From assembly GCA_040217195.1 (NCBI GenBank), contig JAVJNR010000004.1, positions 768,001-832,000 of the forward strand: DNA of 64,000 nucleotides. The letters run 5' to 3'. The translations under genes were made by a program, and so were the position numbers. Below, in pieces: positions 9,015 through 19,314 of this stretch (position 1 is the first letter of the stretch; the number at the start of each line of letters is the position of its first letter). The notes under the pieces are model-generated. The model was not told the DNA's origin. It made no database searches and worked only from the letters and a program-made list of their open reading frames with translations. The DNA is from Leptospiraceae bacterium. GTDB lineage: Bacteria; Spirochaetota; Leptospiria; Leptospirales; Leptonemataceae.

Positions 9015-11213
9015 ATGGAAGGCCAGGCAACAAAAACAGACCGGAATGATGGAGCTTCCCAGGTCTTCCAGGACAACGAATCGGCGGAATGGCTGGTGCT
9101 GGCCGTGGATGATGACCCGCTTTACAGAAAGACAACTGGATTCGCTCTCAAAGGCTTCAGCACCCTGCGAAAGTCGGTGAGGCTATTGCAGGCCGGATCT
9201 TATGAAGAAGCCTGTGCCGTTGTAACTCAGAATCCGGACATTGCACTCATTCTGCTAGATGTAGTAATGGATACTGACGACGCTGGATTTCGGGTGGTTC
9301 GGGCCATTCGGGATGTAATGGGTAATTCTCAGGTACGAATCGTAATGATTACCGGTCAGCCAGGTTTCTCCAGTATGGCAGAAAGCCTGCGCGAGTACGA
9401 TATAAACGATTACTGGAGCAAAACCGAGCTTTCCGCCGAACGATTGAGAGCTGTGGTCACAGCGAACGTACGAGCTTACCAACACCTGGTTACTGTAGAA
9501 CGAGCCCGGAAAGGACTGCAGCTGATTGCAGAGTCCAGTAATGCACTTTCGGAAGCAAAAACGCTGGAAGAGTTCTCAACCAGAATGATTGTTTCCATCT
9601 CAAAGCTTTTGCAGGTAGCTGCGGATGGCATTGTATGTGTTGCAATTCCAACCGGGACACCGCCAAGGATTATTGCATCTGCCGGAGCACTTTCGCAGAG
9701 CAATGGAGACAAACTTTCCAGTCTTACAGATAAAAATATCCAGGAGGTGCTTACTCAAACGATTAGAAATGGGACATCTCAGTTCGAAAAGGATTTCACA
9801 GCACTCTACTTCCCTCGAGAACTGGCTGGATCCGAATATGCTGCTTACGTAGCCACCGGGCGGAATCTATCGGAAACGGAAATTCAGTTATTACGAGTCT
9901 TTGTGGAAAACCTGGGACGAGGACTGCATAATGTGGCCCTCTTTAGCAGACTGGACCATATGGCTTACAATGATCCTCTGGTTGACCTTCCAAATGAGAA
10001 TTCGCTCATCCGCTCAATCAATGCACTTCTGGGTCGACCTGGCCAGACCCTCATTCTGCTGAACATAGATGGATTCTCTGATTTAAACCTATCGCTGGGT
10101 AGCGAAATGGGAGACCGTCTATTAAAGAGAGTGGCCAGGTGCCTGCAGGAATCCATTGATCCACTGGTAATCAAAGCACGTTTGCATGATGATATTTTTG
10201 CGCTTCTCGGAGCTGATTCCAAACTGGATCCAGCGGCACTGGAATACTTAATTGAGCAATCCATTCAAGACCTGGGTCTGGGTACATTGAGCTTGAGCAC
10301 GGTCACCTGCGATCTGGCCCAGCCCGCCGCCAATGGAATGGAAGTAATTACTCAGGCCCGACTTTCATTAAAGCTGGCGCGCAAGCAAGGACTCAGGCGT
10401 AGAGTGCGAACGGATCCCGGTATTTCAATCCTGGCCCAGGCCAGATACGAATTGCTCAGCGCCTTCCACGAAGCATTAGATAAGGAAGAAATCACCATAG
10501 CACTGCAACCTCAGCTGGATTTAAAAACCGGCCACACCGCCGGAGCAGAGGCTCTGGCAAGATGGACCACTACCGAAGGCCGAATGGTTTCTCCGGGAGA
10601 GTTCATTCCCCTGGCAGAAACCACTGGCCTGATTCTGCGGATGGGAGACCAAATCATTAAGCGAACCATTGAAGCGGCTTCCATCTTAAAAAAGGAAGGT
10701 TTGGTCGGCTTAAGATTGGGATTTAATGTATCCGCAACTCAGTTATTGCAATCCGGATTCCTGGAGCGCCTGGCAGAAAGAATCAAGCATTCAGACGTCG
10801 AGGGTTCCGATCTGGAACTTGAGATAACCGAATCAGCAGCAATGCAGGATTTTGATCGGGTAATCGATGTACTGGCTGGAGTTCGCAATCTGGGCATTCA
10901 AGTGGCCATCGACGATTTTGGTACTGGATTTTCCTCCCTGGCGTACCTGAAGAAGCTTCCAGCCGACCGGCTAAAAATCGACAGGACTTTTGTAAACGAG
11001 GTGGGACTGGATGATTCCAGCCTTTCTATCGCTGAAAACATCATCGAGCTGGCCAATAAACTGAGCCTGGAAACGATAGCAGAAGGAGTGGAAACGCCGC
11101 AGCAAGCCGATTGGCTAAAGGAACGAAACTGCCAGCAAGTTCAGGGCTTCTATTATGCCAGGCCCATGCCACTACCGGACTTTGTAAAATGGGTCCGATC
11201 CAATGACAAATGA
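9015..11213 (+). CDS. Response regulator with REC, DUF3369-like, degenerate GGDEF and EAL domains (probable c-di-GMP phosphodiesterase)
   Basis: REC motifs VDDD, LLDVVM and TGQPG. The GGDEF position reads RLHDDIF. EAL motifs AEALARW, ELEITES, IDDFGTGFSSL and AEGVE. SD GGAGG before ATG 9015 (alternative start 8994). Confidence 0.9.
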   Translation: MEGQATKTDRNDGASQVFQDNESAEWLVLAVDDDPLYRKTTGFALKGFSTLRKSVRLLQAGSYEEACAVVTQNPDIALILLDVVMDTDDAGFRVVRAIRDVMGNSQVRIVMITGQPGFSSMAESLREYDINDYWSKTELSAERLRAVVTANVRAYQHLVTVERARKGLQLIAESSNALSEAKTLEEFSTRMIVSISKLLQVAADGIVCVAIPTGTPPRIIASAGALSQSNGDKLSSLTDKNIQEVLTQTIRNGTSQFEKDFTALYFPRELAGSEYAAYVATGRNLSETEIQLLRVFVENLGRGLHNVALFSRLDHMAYNDPLVDLPNENSLIRSINALLGRPGQTLILLNIDGFSDLNLSLGSEMGDRLLKRVARCLQESIDPLVIKARLHDDIFALLGADSKLDPAALEYLIEQSIQDLGLGTLSLSTVTCDLAQPAANGMEVITQARLSLKLARKQGLRRRVRTDPGISILAQARYELLSAFHEALDKEEITIALQPQLDLKTGHTAGAEALARWTTTEGRMVSPGEFIPLAETTGLILRMGDQIIKRTIEAASILKKEGLVGLRLGFNVSATQLLQSGFLERLAERIKHSDVEGSDLELEITESAAMQDFDRVIDVLAGVRNLGIQVAIDDFGTGFSSLAYLKKLPADRLKIDRTFVNEVGLDDSSLSIAENIIELANKLSLETIAEGVETPQQADWLKERNCQQVQGFYYARPMPLPDFVKWVRSNDK

Positions 11214-13045
11214 AACTGTTAAACGGGTTTCTAAATAAATGCTCCATAGCCTACGCCCATCGAATGACTATTTTTCGCAGGATGCTCCCTTTAACCGGAG
11301 CTTTCTTGCTTGCATCCGGCATACTATACAATTATCGATCTGAAGCGGCCCTTGAAAGACTACACTCAAATCAACTATCTCTTCTTTCGGATACCAGCAA
11401 TCTTCTTTCGCATGGAATGTTTGAATCCCTGCGAGAGCTGGACTACATGGCCAATCAATTTGAACAACTCCGTCCGGGGACCGGGAATGGAAGAGGAATA
11501 GAGAAACTCCGCACAGTCTTTCTTTCTGCTGCGGAATTGAATGATCGCTATTTGCAAATACGATGGATTGACACTTCCGGAATGGAACGTGTGAGAGTGA
11601 ATAGGCTCGATTCGGGTCCGTCGGTAATGGATGCATCCGCACTACAGAATAAAAGCAGTCGGTACTATGTTCAGGAAGCTTCCAGGTTACCTCGGGGGGA
11701 ATTCTACATTAGCAATTGGGATCTAAACCAGGAAGGCGGAGCCATTCAAGTGCCCTACGTTCCAGTGATTAGAATCGCGAGGCCTGTTTTTGATGGATCT
11801 GGAAAACGGGCTGGAATGCTGGTCATTAACCTCGATGCCAGACAGCTACTTCCTCTGCTGGATAGATTGTCCGAGGAGCGGAATCCAGACCTTTTTTTGA
11901 TTGATAGCAAGGGAGAATGGATCAAAGGCGAAACTCCAGAAGATAGCTGGAGCGAGGATCTAGACCGTGCTGAATCATTCGCACAAAGGTACCCGGAACT
12001 CTGGGAAACAATAACAAATGCAAGTGCAGGAGAATACACAGGCGAAGAGGGCTACTGGGTCTTTTCCAGGTTCTCTTTTCATCTTATGGGTTTTTCCACC
12101 GGCTGGAAGATCCGTTCCCCCGAATGGATTCTGGTGACTCGCTCTGCAGTCAGCACCTTTATGGGCTTTCATTTGCGTTCATTTTTGGAAAGCTTGATCT
12201 TCTTTCTGGGCTCTGGAATACTACTGGTTTTGATTTTCGCTCAAAAATTCATCTCAGAATCGGAGCGAAAGGAGCTAATGAACAACCTTGATCGAACTCG
12301 CTCTCGCTTGATGCGTGCTGAACGGCTATCGTCCATGGGCCTTTTGATGGCCGGCCTTTCCCATGAACTCAATACACCCATCGGCGCAGCTCAGTTGATG
12401 ACTTCATCGCTCATGAATGAGCTGGCTGAATCAGAAAAAACCGATAGATCTAAATTGGAACCTGCCCGGCTATCCGACGGGTTAAGCTTAATCAAAGATG
12501 GACTGGATCGCGCCGCTGACCTGGTGCGAACGATCAAGAGGATGAGTGTGGACCGACAATCTGCCCGGCTTCAGTGGTTTAATCTTTCTGAGGTTGTCCA
12601 GGATGTCAGCCGAATTATGGAAGCCGCCTTTACCGAACAGAACCATCGAATTCAATTAGAAATTGATCCTAAAATCAAGCTCTTTGGAGCACCGGGTCCT
12701 TTGAGCGAAGTAATACAGATTCTGGCTGCAAATGCTCTGGAACATGCTTTCGAATCCAGAAATGGAGTTTTGAGTATCAAAGCTACACAGAGTCAACGGT
12801 ACTGCTATCTGAGCATCTCAGATAATGGAATGGGAATCGACCAGGGATCATTACTTCATATATTTGATCCTTTTTTCACCACAGCCAGAAATAGAGGTCA
12901 TGCTGGAATTGGATTGAGCATTGCCCAGGAACTTGTCCACGGGGCTCTGCAGGGACGAATCAACGTACGAAGTGCCAGCGCTTCCGGTACAAGATTTAGA
13001 ATTTCCATGCCTCTGGTTGCACAGCCACCACGCAATATCCGCTGA
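11210..13045 (+). CDS. Membrane sensor histidine kinase with Cache-type periplasmic domain
   Basis: Two TM segments, QNKSSRYY Cache motif, H-box SHELNTPIG, N-box ANALEHAF, DNGMGI, FDPFFTT and GIGL; ATGA overlap with the regulator. Confidence 0.92.
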   Translation: MKLLNGFLNKCSIAYAHRMTIFRRMLPLTGAFLLASGILYNYRSEAALERLHSNQLSLLSDTSNLLSHGMFESLRELDYMANQFEQLRPGTGNGRGIEKLRTVFLSAAELNDRYLQIRWIDTSGMERVRVNRLDSGPSVMDASALQNKSSRYYVQEASRLPRGEFYISNWDLNQEGGAIQVPYVPVIRIARPVFDGSGKRAGMLVINLDARQLLPLLDRLSEERNPDLFLIDSKGEWIKGETPEDSWSEDLDRAESFAQRYPELWETITNASAGEYTGEEGYWVFSRFSFHLMGFSTGWKIRSPEWILVTRSAVSTFMGFHLRSFLESLIFFLGSGILLVLIFAQKFISESERKELMNNLDRTRSRLMRAERLSSMGLLMAGLSHELNTPIGAAQLMTSSLMNELAESEKTDRSKLEPARLSDGLSLIKDGLDRAADLVRTIKRMSVDRQSARLQWFNLSEVVQDVSRIMEAAFTEQNHRIQLEIDPKIKLFGAPGPLSEVIQILAANALEHAFESRNGVLSIKATQSQRYCYLSISDNGMGIDQGSLLHIFDPFFTTARNRGHAGIGLSIAQELVHGALQGRINVRSASASGTRFRISMPLVAQPPRNIR

Positions 13046-13243
13046 GGTTTCCTGGCATTATCGCATTAGCGCAGCCCATCCGAAAGCACCCAATTTTGAA
13101 TCAAACGATTCGGTGCTCCTATAGCAGCTCCGGAAGCCATATTTCCACTGGACTTCCGAGCGCGATTCGTTCACAACTGGAAATCGGCCAATCCAATGAG
13201 CGAAGAAGTCTTTAACTACAGTGCAGCCAATCCCCCACAAAAA

Positions 13244-14968
13244 TCATGTATTCATTCGATAGGATTCCTTGAGCGACATCACCTTCTCGAATACTCGCCT
13301 TTCTCTGGATGGATCATGGGAGGGGCGTTTGACCATCTCCAGGCATAGCTTCTGCTGTTCTTCCGTGGTAATGGCTTTCTCATAGAGCTCCACTGCATGT
13401 CCGCTAATGTCTCGAACAAATACTGAGAAAATCTGATCCAGGACATCGGAGTCCACATCTCTGGCATATGGCCCATCAGTTTCCGCCTGCTCCAGAATTA
13501 GAGAAGAATAAGAAATTATGGAGAAGATCTCTCCCACTGCCAGCATGAAATCTATATCCTTGCTTTGTTCAGCGGACGGAGCCGTATCCTTTAAGAATTT
13601 GATAAATGTCTCGATTTGCTCAACCAGGACCCCTGCATTCGGAGCCTTATTCGCAGAAGCAGTCTGAAACTTGGGCCGCCAGGGACCAAATGGAATTTCA
13701 TCCAGGCCTTTGGTAGTAGCTCCCTGATTAAAAAGAAAATCCTCTTCATTCGGCGCCTCCGATGCAGGCGCTGCAGGTACAGTTCGTTCATCGAATAGAA
13801 AGGAATGCATGAATCGCACAGTAAGCATCATGTTCACATGAACTGTACCTTCCAGCTTTGGCAACATGCGAATGTCTCTTGTGGCAGATTCAAAATAGAC
13901 ATCCTTCTCAAAGCCTCGAGCTGCGATTACGTCCCAGAGGCGTTCAATGACTTTTTCGCCTTCCAGAGTAACTTTCATTTTCTCCAGTGGATTGAACAAT
14001 AGATATCGTCGATCCTCAGAGGATGCAATTCGCATATAATCTTTGGCTCGGTAGCTAAACATACGCATGGCCACCAGTCTGGCATAAGCCTCATTGAACA
14101 GCTGCTTGATATGCGGAAAATCAGTTACATAATTTCCGTAGAGCTTTCTTGCTGCAGCATGATTCAGGGCTTCGTAGAAGCTATGTGTGGCAATACCTAC
14201 ACTGGCAAGACCCAGATTGAATTTTGCGAAGGCAACGGTGGCCAGAGAGGCATCCCAGGCAGCCCGGCCTCGAGATACAATTTCTGCATCTGTAATTGGA
14301 TAGTCATGAAGCTCCAGTTCCGCCACGTACTTCTGGGAACGAACTACATTCTGAGTGCATTCGTATTTTGGATGATCGGTCTCTACGACAAAGAATACGT
14401 ACTCCTTCTTCTTCTCTTTAAGCTTGGCGAAAATGGATACATATCCTGCCACATTTCCGTTTCCGATGTAGTATTTATCTCCCCGCGCCAGGTACTTACC
14501 GTCTCCCTGCGGAATCAATTCCATGTCGCTGGAGATCAGGTCTGCACCATGTTCTTTTTCTGAAAGACCAAAGGCGAAGACCTTACCGTCCTTTAGTTTC
14601 TGAGCGGTTCGCTTCTTAACTTCTTCGTTATTTCCGATCCATATGGGCCCCAGACCCAGGATGCTTACCTGCCAGGTATACCAGTGGGACAGAGAATAGA
14701 ACCCAAGGATTTCGCTGAAGGCTGTATTTCTGGCTGTATCCCATCTACAATTTTCATCTCCATAGGCAGACGGTGTCAGAAAATTATAGAAGACTTGATT
14801 CTCTTTCAGAAAGCCAAGAAAATCATCGTACCAGATCACTTCATGATCCTCTTTTTTCATCTCTGCCAGACCCTTGGCTTCAAAGAATTGGATGGTCTTC
14901 GCAAATATATCCTGAGTACGTTTATCGAAGTTAGAGTAATCGGCCTTGAGTGGATTCAGTAATGTCAT
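13244..14968 (-). CDS. Acyl-CoA dehydrogenase
   Basis: AFGLSEKEHGADL, GDKYYIGNG, R.LYG..V.DFPHIKQ and LPKLEGTVHVN. Confidence 0.9.
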   Translation of the reverse strand: MTLLNPLKADYSNFDKRTQDIFAKTIQFFEAKGLAEMKKEDHEVIWYDDFLGFLKENQVFYNFLTPSAYGDENCRWDTARNTAFSEILGFYSLSHWYTWQVSILGLGPIWIGNNEEVKKRTAQKLKDGKVFAFGLSEKEHGADLISSDMELIPQGDGKYLARGDKYYIGNGNVAGYVSIFAKLKEKKKEYVFFVVETDHPKYECTQNVVRSQKYVAELELHDYPITDAEIVSRGRAAWDASLATVAFAKFNLGLASVGIATHSFYEALNHAAARKLYGNYVTDFPHIKQLFNEAYARLVAMRMFSYRAKDYMRIASSEDRRYLLFNPLEKMKVTLEGEKVIERLWDVIAARGFEKDVYFESATRDIRMLPKLEGTVHVNMMLTVRFMHSFLFDERTVPAAPASEAPNEEDFLFNQGATTKGLDEIPFGPWRPKFQTASANKAPNAGVLVEQIETFIKFLKDTAPSAEQSKDIDFMLAVGEIFSIISYSSLILEQAETDGPYARDVDSDVLDQIFSVFVRDISGHAVELYEKAITTEEQQKLCLEMVKRPSHDPSRERRVFEKVMSLKESYRMNT

Positions 14969-15130
14969 AATAACCTTCTTTTTTTCGCATACAGCTTGAA
15001 TTCTTCGACTAAAAGAAACCGTAAGCTGGAATGCTCGAATTCATAACAGGTAGAGTGCCTTGCCGGGATGTAGGGGAAAAACACAACAGGGCTCTATGGG
15101 AAATTCAACGCCCTTCAATTCAAGAGAAAA

Positions 15131-15643
15131 ATGAAAACTCTATTGCTCAAGACTTACAATCTAACTGTGTTCAAAATCATACTGAAGATGTTTGCGACAT
15201 TAGCCAGGACCAGGATCTTCGCCGGTTTTGTTCGACTGATTATGCGCTGGATGGCTGGACTGGTTCACTGGGCCAACGGTGCTCCCAGGGCGAATACACC
15301 GAAGGATCTGGCCCGGATCTGGCAAGAGTTGATGCCCTCCCAAAACGAATTTCCTGTTCAGGAACAAGCCGGTTTTGATTCAACCTGGAGCCCGGAAAAC
15401 AAAAGCAAAACGCAGACCAATGTGGTTGCACTTGGGCAAATCCATCTGCATTGCCCGCTCAGGGGCTCGGACAATTCCCTGGCCTGCCATCAACTGATGG
15501 AGTTCGATCGGGAGCTAATTCGAAAATCTGGCGGTGAACTCAGAGTGCTGGATTCACAGTCCAGCTCCGGTCGAAACTACTGTACCGTAGCTGTCCGCAC
15601 AGTAGCGGATGCCAGAAGTGCTACTGATTCTAGTTTACCTTGA
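15131..15643 (+). CDS. Hypothetical protein, possible V4R/ATC-hydrolase-like fold
   Basis: 170-aa ORF with the pattern HCPL...AC..LMEFDR...GG.L......SSG...C.V; no confident family. Confidence 0.55.
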   Translation: MKTLLLKTYNLTVFKIILKMFATLARTRIFAGFVRLIMRWMAGLVHWANGAPRANTPKDLARIWQELMPSQNEFPVQEQAGFDSTWSPENKSKTQTNVVALGQIHLHCPLRGSDNSLACHQLMEFDRELIRKSGGELRVLDSQSSSGRNYCTVAVRTVADARSATDSSLP

Positions 15644-15727
15644 TCTTGCTTTTTTCCGGCCCGTTGTGTCGCTGATTCTCTTTCTTTGTGATCTTGCTTT
15701 TTTCTGACCTTTCGTCTCTCTGATTCT
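15624..15727. repeat. Imperfect 48-bp-period pyrimidine-rich tandem repeat
   Basis: CTGATTCT at 15624, 15672 and 15720; TGATCTTGCTTTTTT at 15641 and 15689. Confidence 0.8.
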
Positions 15728-15916
15728 GGATCTCTCGGTTCTGGATCATCCTTGCTCTCCTTCTAGCTGCTTCTATTTTTTTCCCGGTGTCTGCGCTTCG
15801 AGAAGCCTATCCAAACCAAATAGCCAGGAATGGAGCAGGAATCTGTAATGCGACGATTTTATAGATTCTGGGTGAATCCGAGTTGCACTTTAGATCTGTA
15901 TCTGAGAAAATCAGAT

Positions 15917-16192
15917 ATGAAACTTTATAGATTCATGACTCTGATTGCTATTCTTGCATCTGGAATGCTTTTCTCATGCACCACCTATATGTACCGCGCC
16001 ATCTGCTTTAGTGCAGGTACCGAAATCTATGAAGGTCATGTAGAAATCAAAAGACCAGTAACCATTCCTGGACTTCTGGGAATGGATGTATTTCCCGAGA
16101 ATTCCTGGCTAAAGACCGCCGATGGGGCCTACATTCGCGGCGACTGCGTCGTGCAACCAATGCGAATTGATGGAAAAGACGAAAAGCATTAA
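15917..16192 (+). CDS. Small putative lipoprotein
   Basis: Lipobox-like signal MKLYRFMTLIAILASGMLFS-C; upstream promoter TTGCAC-17-GAAAAT-5-ATG. Confidence 0.65.
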   Translation: MKLYRFMTLIAILASGMLFSCTTYMYRAICFSAGTEIYEGHVEIKRPVTIPGLLGMDVFPENSWLKTADGAYIRGDCVVQPMRIDGKDEKH

Positions 16193-16312
16193 GACCAGAA
16201 ACCGAAAACCTGGCGTGAGTTTTCAGGACCGGTCGGCTGTGCACTTTGAGGCAGCAACGCCCATTTCTTTCGCAGTGCAACGGCTCAAGTTAACCGTCTT
16301 TTAGATTATTCG

Positions 16313-17242
16313 ATGCGAAATCTGGAGCTGGACACCTGGTTACTGCAAGGAGATATCTCCATCCAGTATCAAGCCATGCGAGATCTCCAGGGGTTCGATA
16401 ATCCAGATTTGCAGGCCAGAATTTCAATAGAAGGATGGGGCAAAACATTCCTGTCCAGGTGGCACCCTGATCCGCCCGGATGGGGAGAGGATTTCTACCA
16501 GCCAAACTGGATTTCCACACATTACACACTTCTGGATCTTAGAAACCTGAACCTCAGTCCTGAAAACGAGATCGCTCGTAATACTTTACATTATGTTCTG
16601 AACTCCGGGATGGCGAAGGATGGAGGAATTCCACTGGGGCCTTCAACCCGCGATCGCAGTGATGTATGCGTAAACGGGATGTTTCTGAACTATGCATCCT
16701 ATTTTCGCATACCAGAAAAGGAACTGGAATCCGTTGTAGATAGTATTCTTTGCGAAGTCATGCCGGATGGTGGCTTCAATTGCAGAAGCAATCGCAGCGG
16801 CGCCGTACATAGCTCCATGCATTCAACGATTTCCGTGCTGGAAGGATTATGCGAATTTCAGAAAAGAGGTTTTGATTACCGAAAGAAAGAGATACAAAAA
16901 TCCATCCAGACTTCGGAAGAATTCTTGCTAATGCATCGATTATATAAATCAGATCGTACTGGAAAGATTATTCATAAAGATTTCCTGAAGCTTGCCTATC
17001 CATGCCGATGGAAATATGATATTCTCCGTGCTCTGGACTGCTTTCAGCATGCGAAGAAAAAATGGGATCCCAGAATGAGCGATGCAATGGAAGCTCTTAT
17101 TAAGAAAAGAAATCCGGACGGAACCTGGAATATGCAGGCAGCCCATGCCGGACAACAGCACTTTCTTCTGGAGAAAGCAGGAAAGCCCGGTCGTTTCAAT
17201 ACGCTCCGTGCATTAAGAGTACTGAAACATTTCGGCGCATAG
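16313..17242 (+). CDS. Conserved hypothetical protein, prenyltransferase/squalene-cyclase-like alpha-alpha toroid
   Basis: QW-like repeats (MPDGGFNC, KRNPDGTW), YQPNWISTHYTL, YP.RWKYDILRALD and NTLRALRVL. Confidence 0.75.
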   Translation: MRNLELDTWLLQGDISIQYQAMRDLQGFDNPDLQARISIEGWGKTFLSRWHPDPPGWGEDFYQPNWISTHYTLLDLRNLNLSPENEIARNTLHYVLNSGMAKDGGIPLGPSTRDRSDVCVNGMFLNYASYFRIPEKELESVVDSILCEVMPDGGFNCRSNRSGAVHSSMHSTISVLEGLCEFQKRGFDYRKKEIQKSIQTSEEFLLMHRLYKSDRTGKIIHKDFLKLAYPCRWKYDILRALDCFQHAKKKWDPRMSDAMEALIKKRNPDGTWNMQAAHAGQQHFLLEKAGKPGRFNTLRALRVLKHFGA

Positions 17243-17352
17243 ATATCAACACAGCCCGGGCCCTCCGAAAATGCAAGAAAGCTGCATCCGTCCGCTTCAA
17301 GTTGTATCCAATGCTAACTCAGTCTTTTCTGCCTACCCGGGCTCACCGTCCT

Positions 17353-19152
17353 TTACTTTCTAAGTGCATTTATGTTGGCCTTTCCAGGACCTACCATGGG
17401 CATAACCAGTTCCTGACCAATTTTTAGCTGCAACAGTCCAGGTCCTGTATAACTGAAAAGCCAGTCCAGTCCGTGCGCCACCGCCGATGGAAGAGTTCGA
17501 CTATAGCACGTCTGTCCCGAACTCTCCGATTCAGAAATGACAGACTTACCAGCGATACCGAAAGATTCAGCCAGTGCAGCGAAATCCGGACTGCTTTTGA
17601 ACTTCTCCTCACTGAAACGATCCTGAAAGAATAGATTCTGCTGCTGATGAACCAATCCCAGATGCCCATTGTCCAGAACGATTATCTTAACGTTGGCTTC
17701 CAGATCTTTCAACGTAGCAAGCTCCTGAATATTCATCAAGATCGAACCATCGCCCGTGATGCACGTTATACATTCATTGGGACGCCCCAGGGCAGCCCCC
17801 AGCGCTGCCGGCAAACCGAATCCCATGCTGCCCAGACCGCCGCTGGTCAATAATTGCCCCATTCGCTGAAACGGATAGTACTGAGCCACCCACATTTGAT
17901 GCTGACCCACGTCTGTGGTTACTGGTCCGAACCGAGAAAGATTGGAAATTCGATTAAAGAATGGATGAATATCGCCTCGATTTCCAAATAAAGAAGGTTC
18001 ATCCTGTCGACCATCTTCTGCTTCCATTATTTCCTTTCGCCTGATGGCCCATCGATTCCATCGGCTGGAAAGCGTTGCAGTACCCTGAGAAGGGCTACGA
18101 AGATGAAAGGCACTGTATCCTTGCTTCTCAAGACCTTCCGAGAGTTCACCCAGAAAGCTCCTGGCATCCATGGCCAGCGGTAGATCCACAGATACATTCT
18201 TTCCGAACTCGGGCCAATGAATATCTGCATGAATGATCTTCGCAGCCGGGGCAAAAGAGTCGGTTTTACCGGTGGCCCGGTCATCAAACCGTACTCCAAG
18301 AGCAATCATCAAATCACAGTCATGAACCATGCGATTTGTGGCAGCACTTCCATGCATTCCAATCATCCCCAGGTTCAAAGGATCGTTCGCCGGCAGACAG
18401 CCCAGTCCCATAAGGCTTTGAACCACTGGTATCTGATACATTCTGGAAAATGTTCGAATAAGCTCCTGAGCATCTTTCGCTCCGCCGCCGGCATAGATCA
18501 GAGGTCGTTCGCTGGAAATTAGCCAGCGAATCGCTCTGTGGATTCCCTGGGCCCTGGAGGGAGGCAATGCGATAGAACTGAGCTGAATGTCTTTAGGAAT
18601 ATCAATCAGAACAGGACCCGGCCGACCGGATAACATTTGCTCATAGGCTGTTTCCAGAATAAAAGGAAGCTTGGAAGCCCGATCCACATAGAATGCTTCC
18701 TTTACCATAGGAGAAAGCATTTCAACTATGGGAACCTCCTGAAATGCATCGGTTCCCTTTAAGGCTCGATCCACCTGACCGGCGATAACCAGAAGAGGAA
18801 TACTGTCGCGCATTGCATCGGCAACAGAAGTAATGATATTTGTAGCGCCAGGACCGGACGTTACGAAACAGGCGCCTACCTGCCCGGTGCTGCGATACAG
18901 CCCCTGAGCCATAAAGGCTGCAGATTGCTCATGTCGAATGAGAATATGTTTCAGTCCGGAGCCATGCAGCGCATCGTATATGGGAAGTATGGCCCCACCC
19001 GGCATTCCTGCTACCCAGGGCACTCCTTTCTCTTTGAGAAAATCGATTACTAACCTGGCCCCTGTTGTTTTGTGCTCCTGCACATCCGGCGATTTAGAGC
19101 GTGGCCGGGCCGGCTCGCGAATTAACGGTTTCTGCAATGTTCCTTCAGTCAT
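17353..19152 (-). CDS. ilvB: Acetolactate synthase large (catalytic) subunit
   Basis: GMPGGAILPIYD, RHEQSAAFMA, TSGPGATN, GTDAFQE, GMIGMHG, RFDDRATG, DVGQHQMW and TPP motif GDGS...N. Confidence 0.93.
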   Translation of the reverse strand: MTEGTLQKPLIREPARPRSKSPDVQEHKTTGARLVIDFLKEKGVPWVAGMPGGAILPIYDALHGSGLKHILIRHEQSAAFMAQGLYRSTGQVGACFVTSGPGATNIITSVADAMRDSIPLLVIAGQVDRALKGTDAFQEVPIVEMLSPMVKEAFYVDRASKLPFILETAYEQMLSGRPGPVLIDIPKDIQLSSIALPPSRAQGIHRAIRWLISSERPLIYAGGGAKDAQELIRTFSRMYQIPVVQSLMGLGCLPANDPLNLGMIGMHGSAATNRMVHDCDLMIALGVRFDDRATGKTDSFAPAAKIIHADIHWPEFGKNVSVDLPLAMDARSFLGELSEGLEKQGYSAFHLRSPSQGTATLSSRWNRWAIRRKEIMEAEDGRQDEPSLFGNRGDIHPFFNRISNLSRFGPVTTDVGQHQMWVAQYYPFQRMGQLLTSGGLGSMGFGLPAALGAALGRPNECITCITGDGSILMNIQELATLKDLEANVKIIVLDNGHLGLVHQQQNLFFQDRFSEEKFKSSPDFAALAESFGIAGKSVISESESSGQTCYSRTLPSAVAHGLDWLFSYTGPGLLQLKIGQELVMPMVGPGKANINALRK

Positions 19153-19198
19153 GGTCTTTTCCTGACCCTGACAATCCGGACGGAGATATCTGGTATGA

Positions 19199-19245
19199 CC
19201 CCCCGCCAGGACTGGCAGGGGAAATGGTTTAACTCACCCTGCCAT
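19199..19245 (-). promoter_or_regulatory. Putative attenuator upstream of ilvB (mutually exclusive hairpins)
   Basis: On the minus strand, UGGCAGGG (19244-19237) can pair with CCCUGCCA (19220-19213). The latter alternatively forms the CCCCUGCCAG/CUGGCGGGGG hairpin (19199-19222). Confidence 0.7.
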
Positions 19246-19314
19246 GAAGCATACCACGACCACCATCACTACTGTGACGTTTAGAGTCAGTATGCTGTTT
19301 GCGGAGCGAATCAC
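19234..19314 (-). CDS. Putative ilvB leader peptide, 26 aa (MIRSANSILTLNVTVVMVVVVCFMAG)
   Basis: GTG start lies 7 nt after TTGACT-17-GATATT; 7 Val, 2 Ile and 2 Leu codons; ends about 80 nt before ilvB. Confidence 0.75.
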   Translation of the reverse strand: MIRSANSILTLNVTVVMVVVVCFMAG

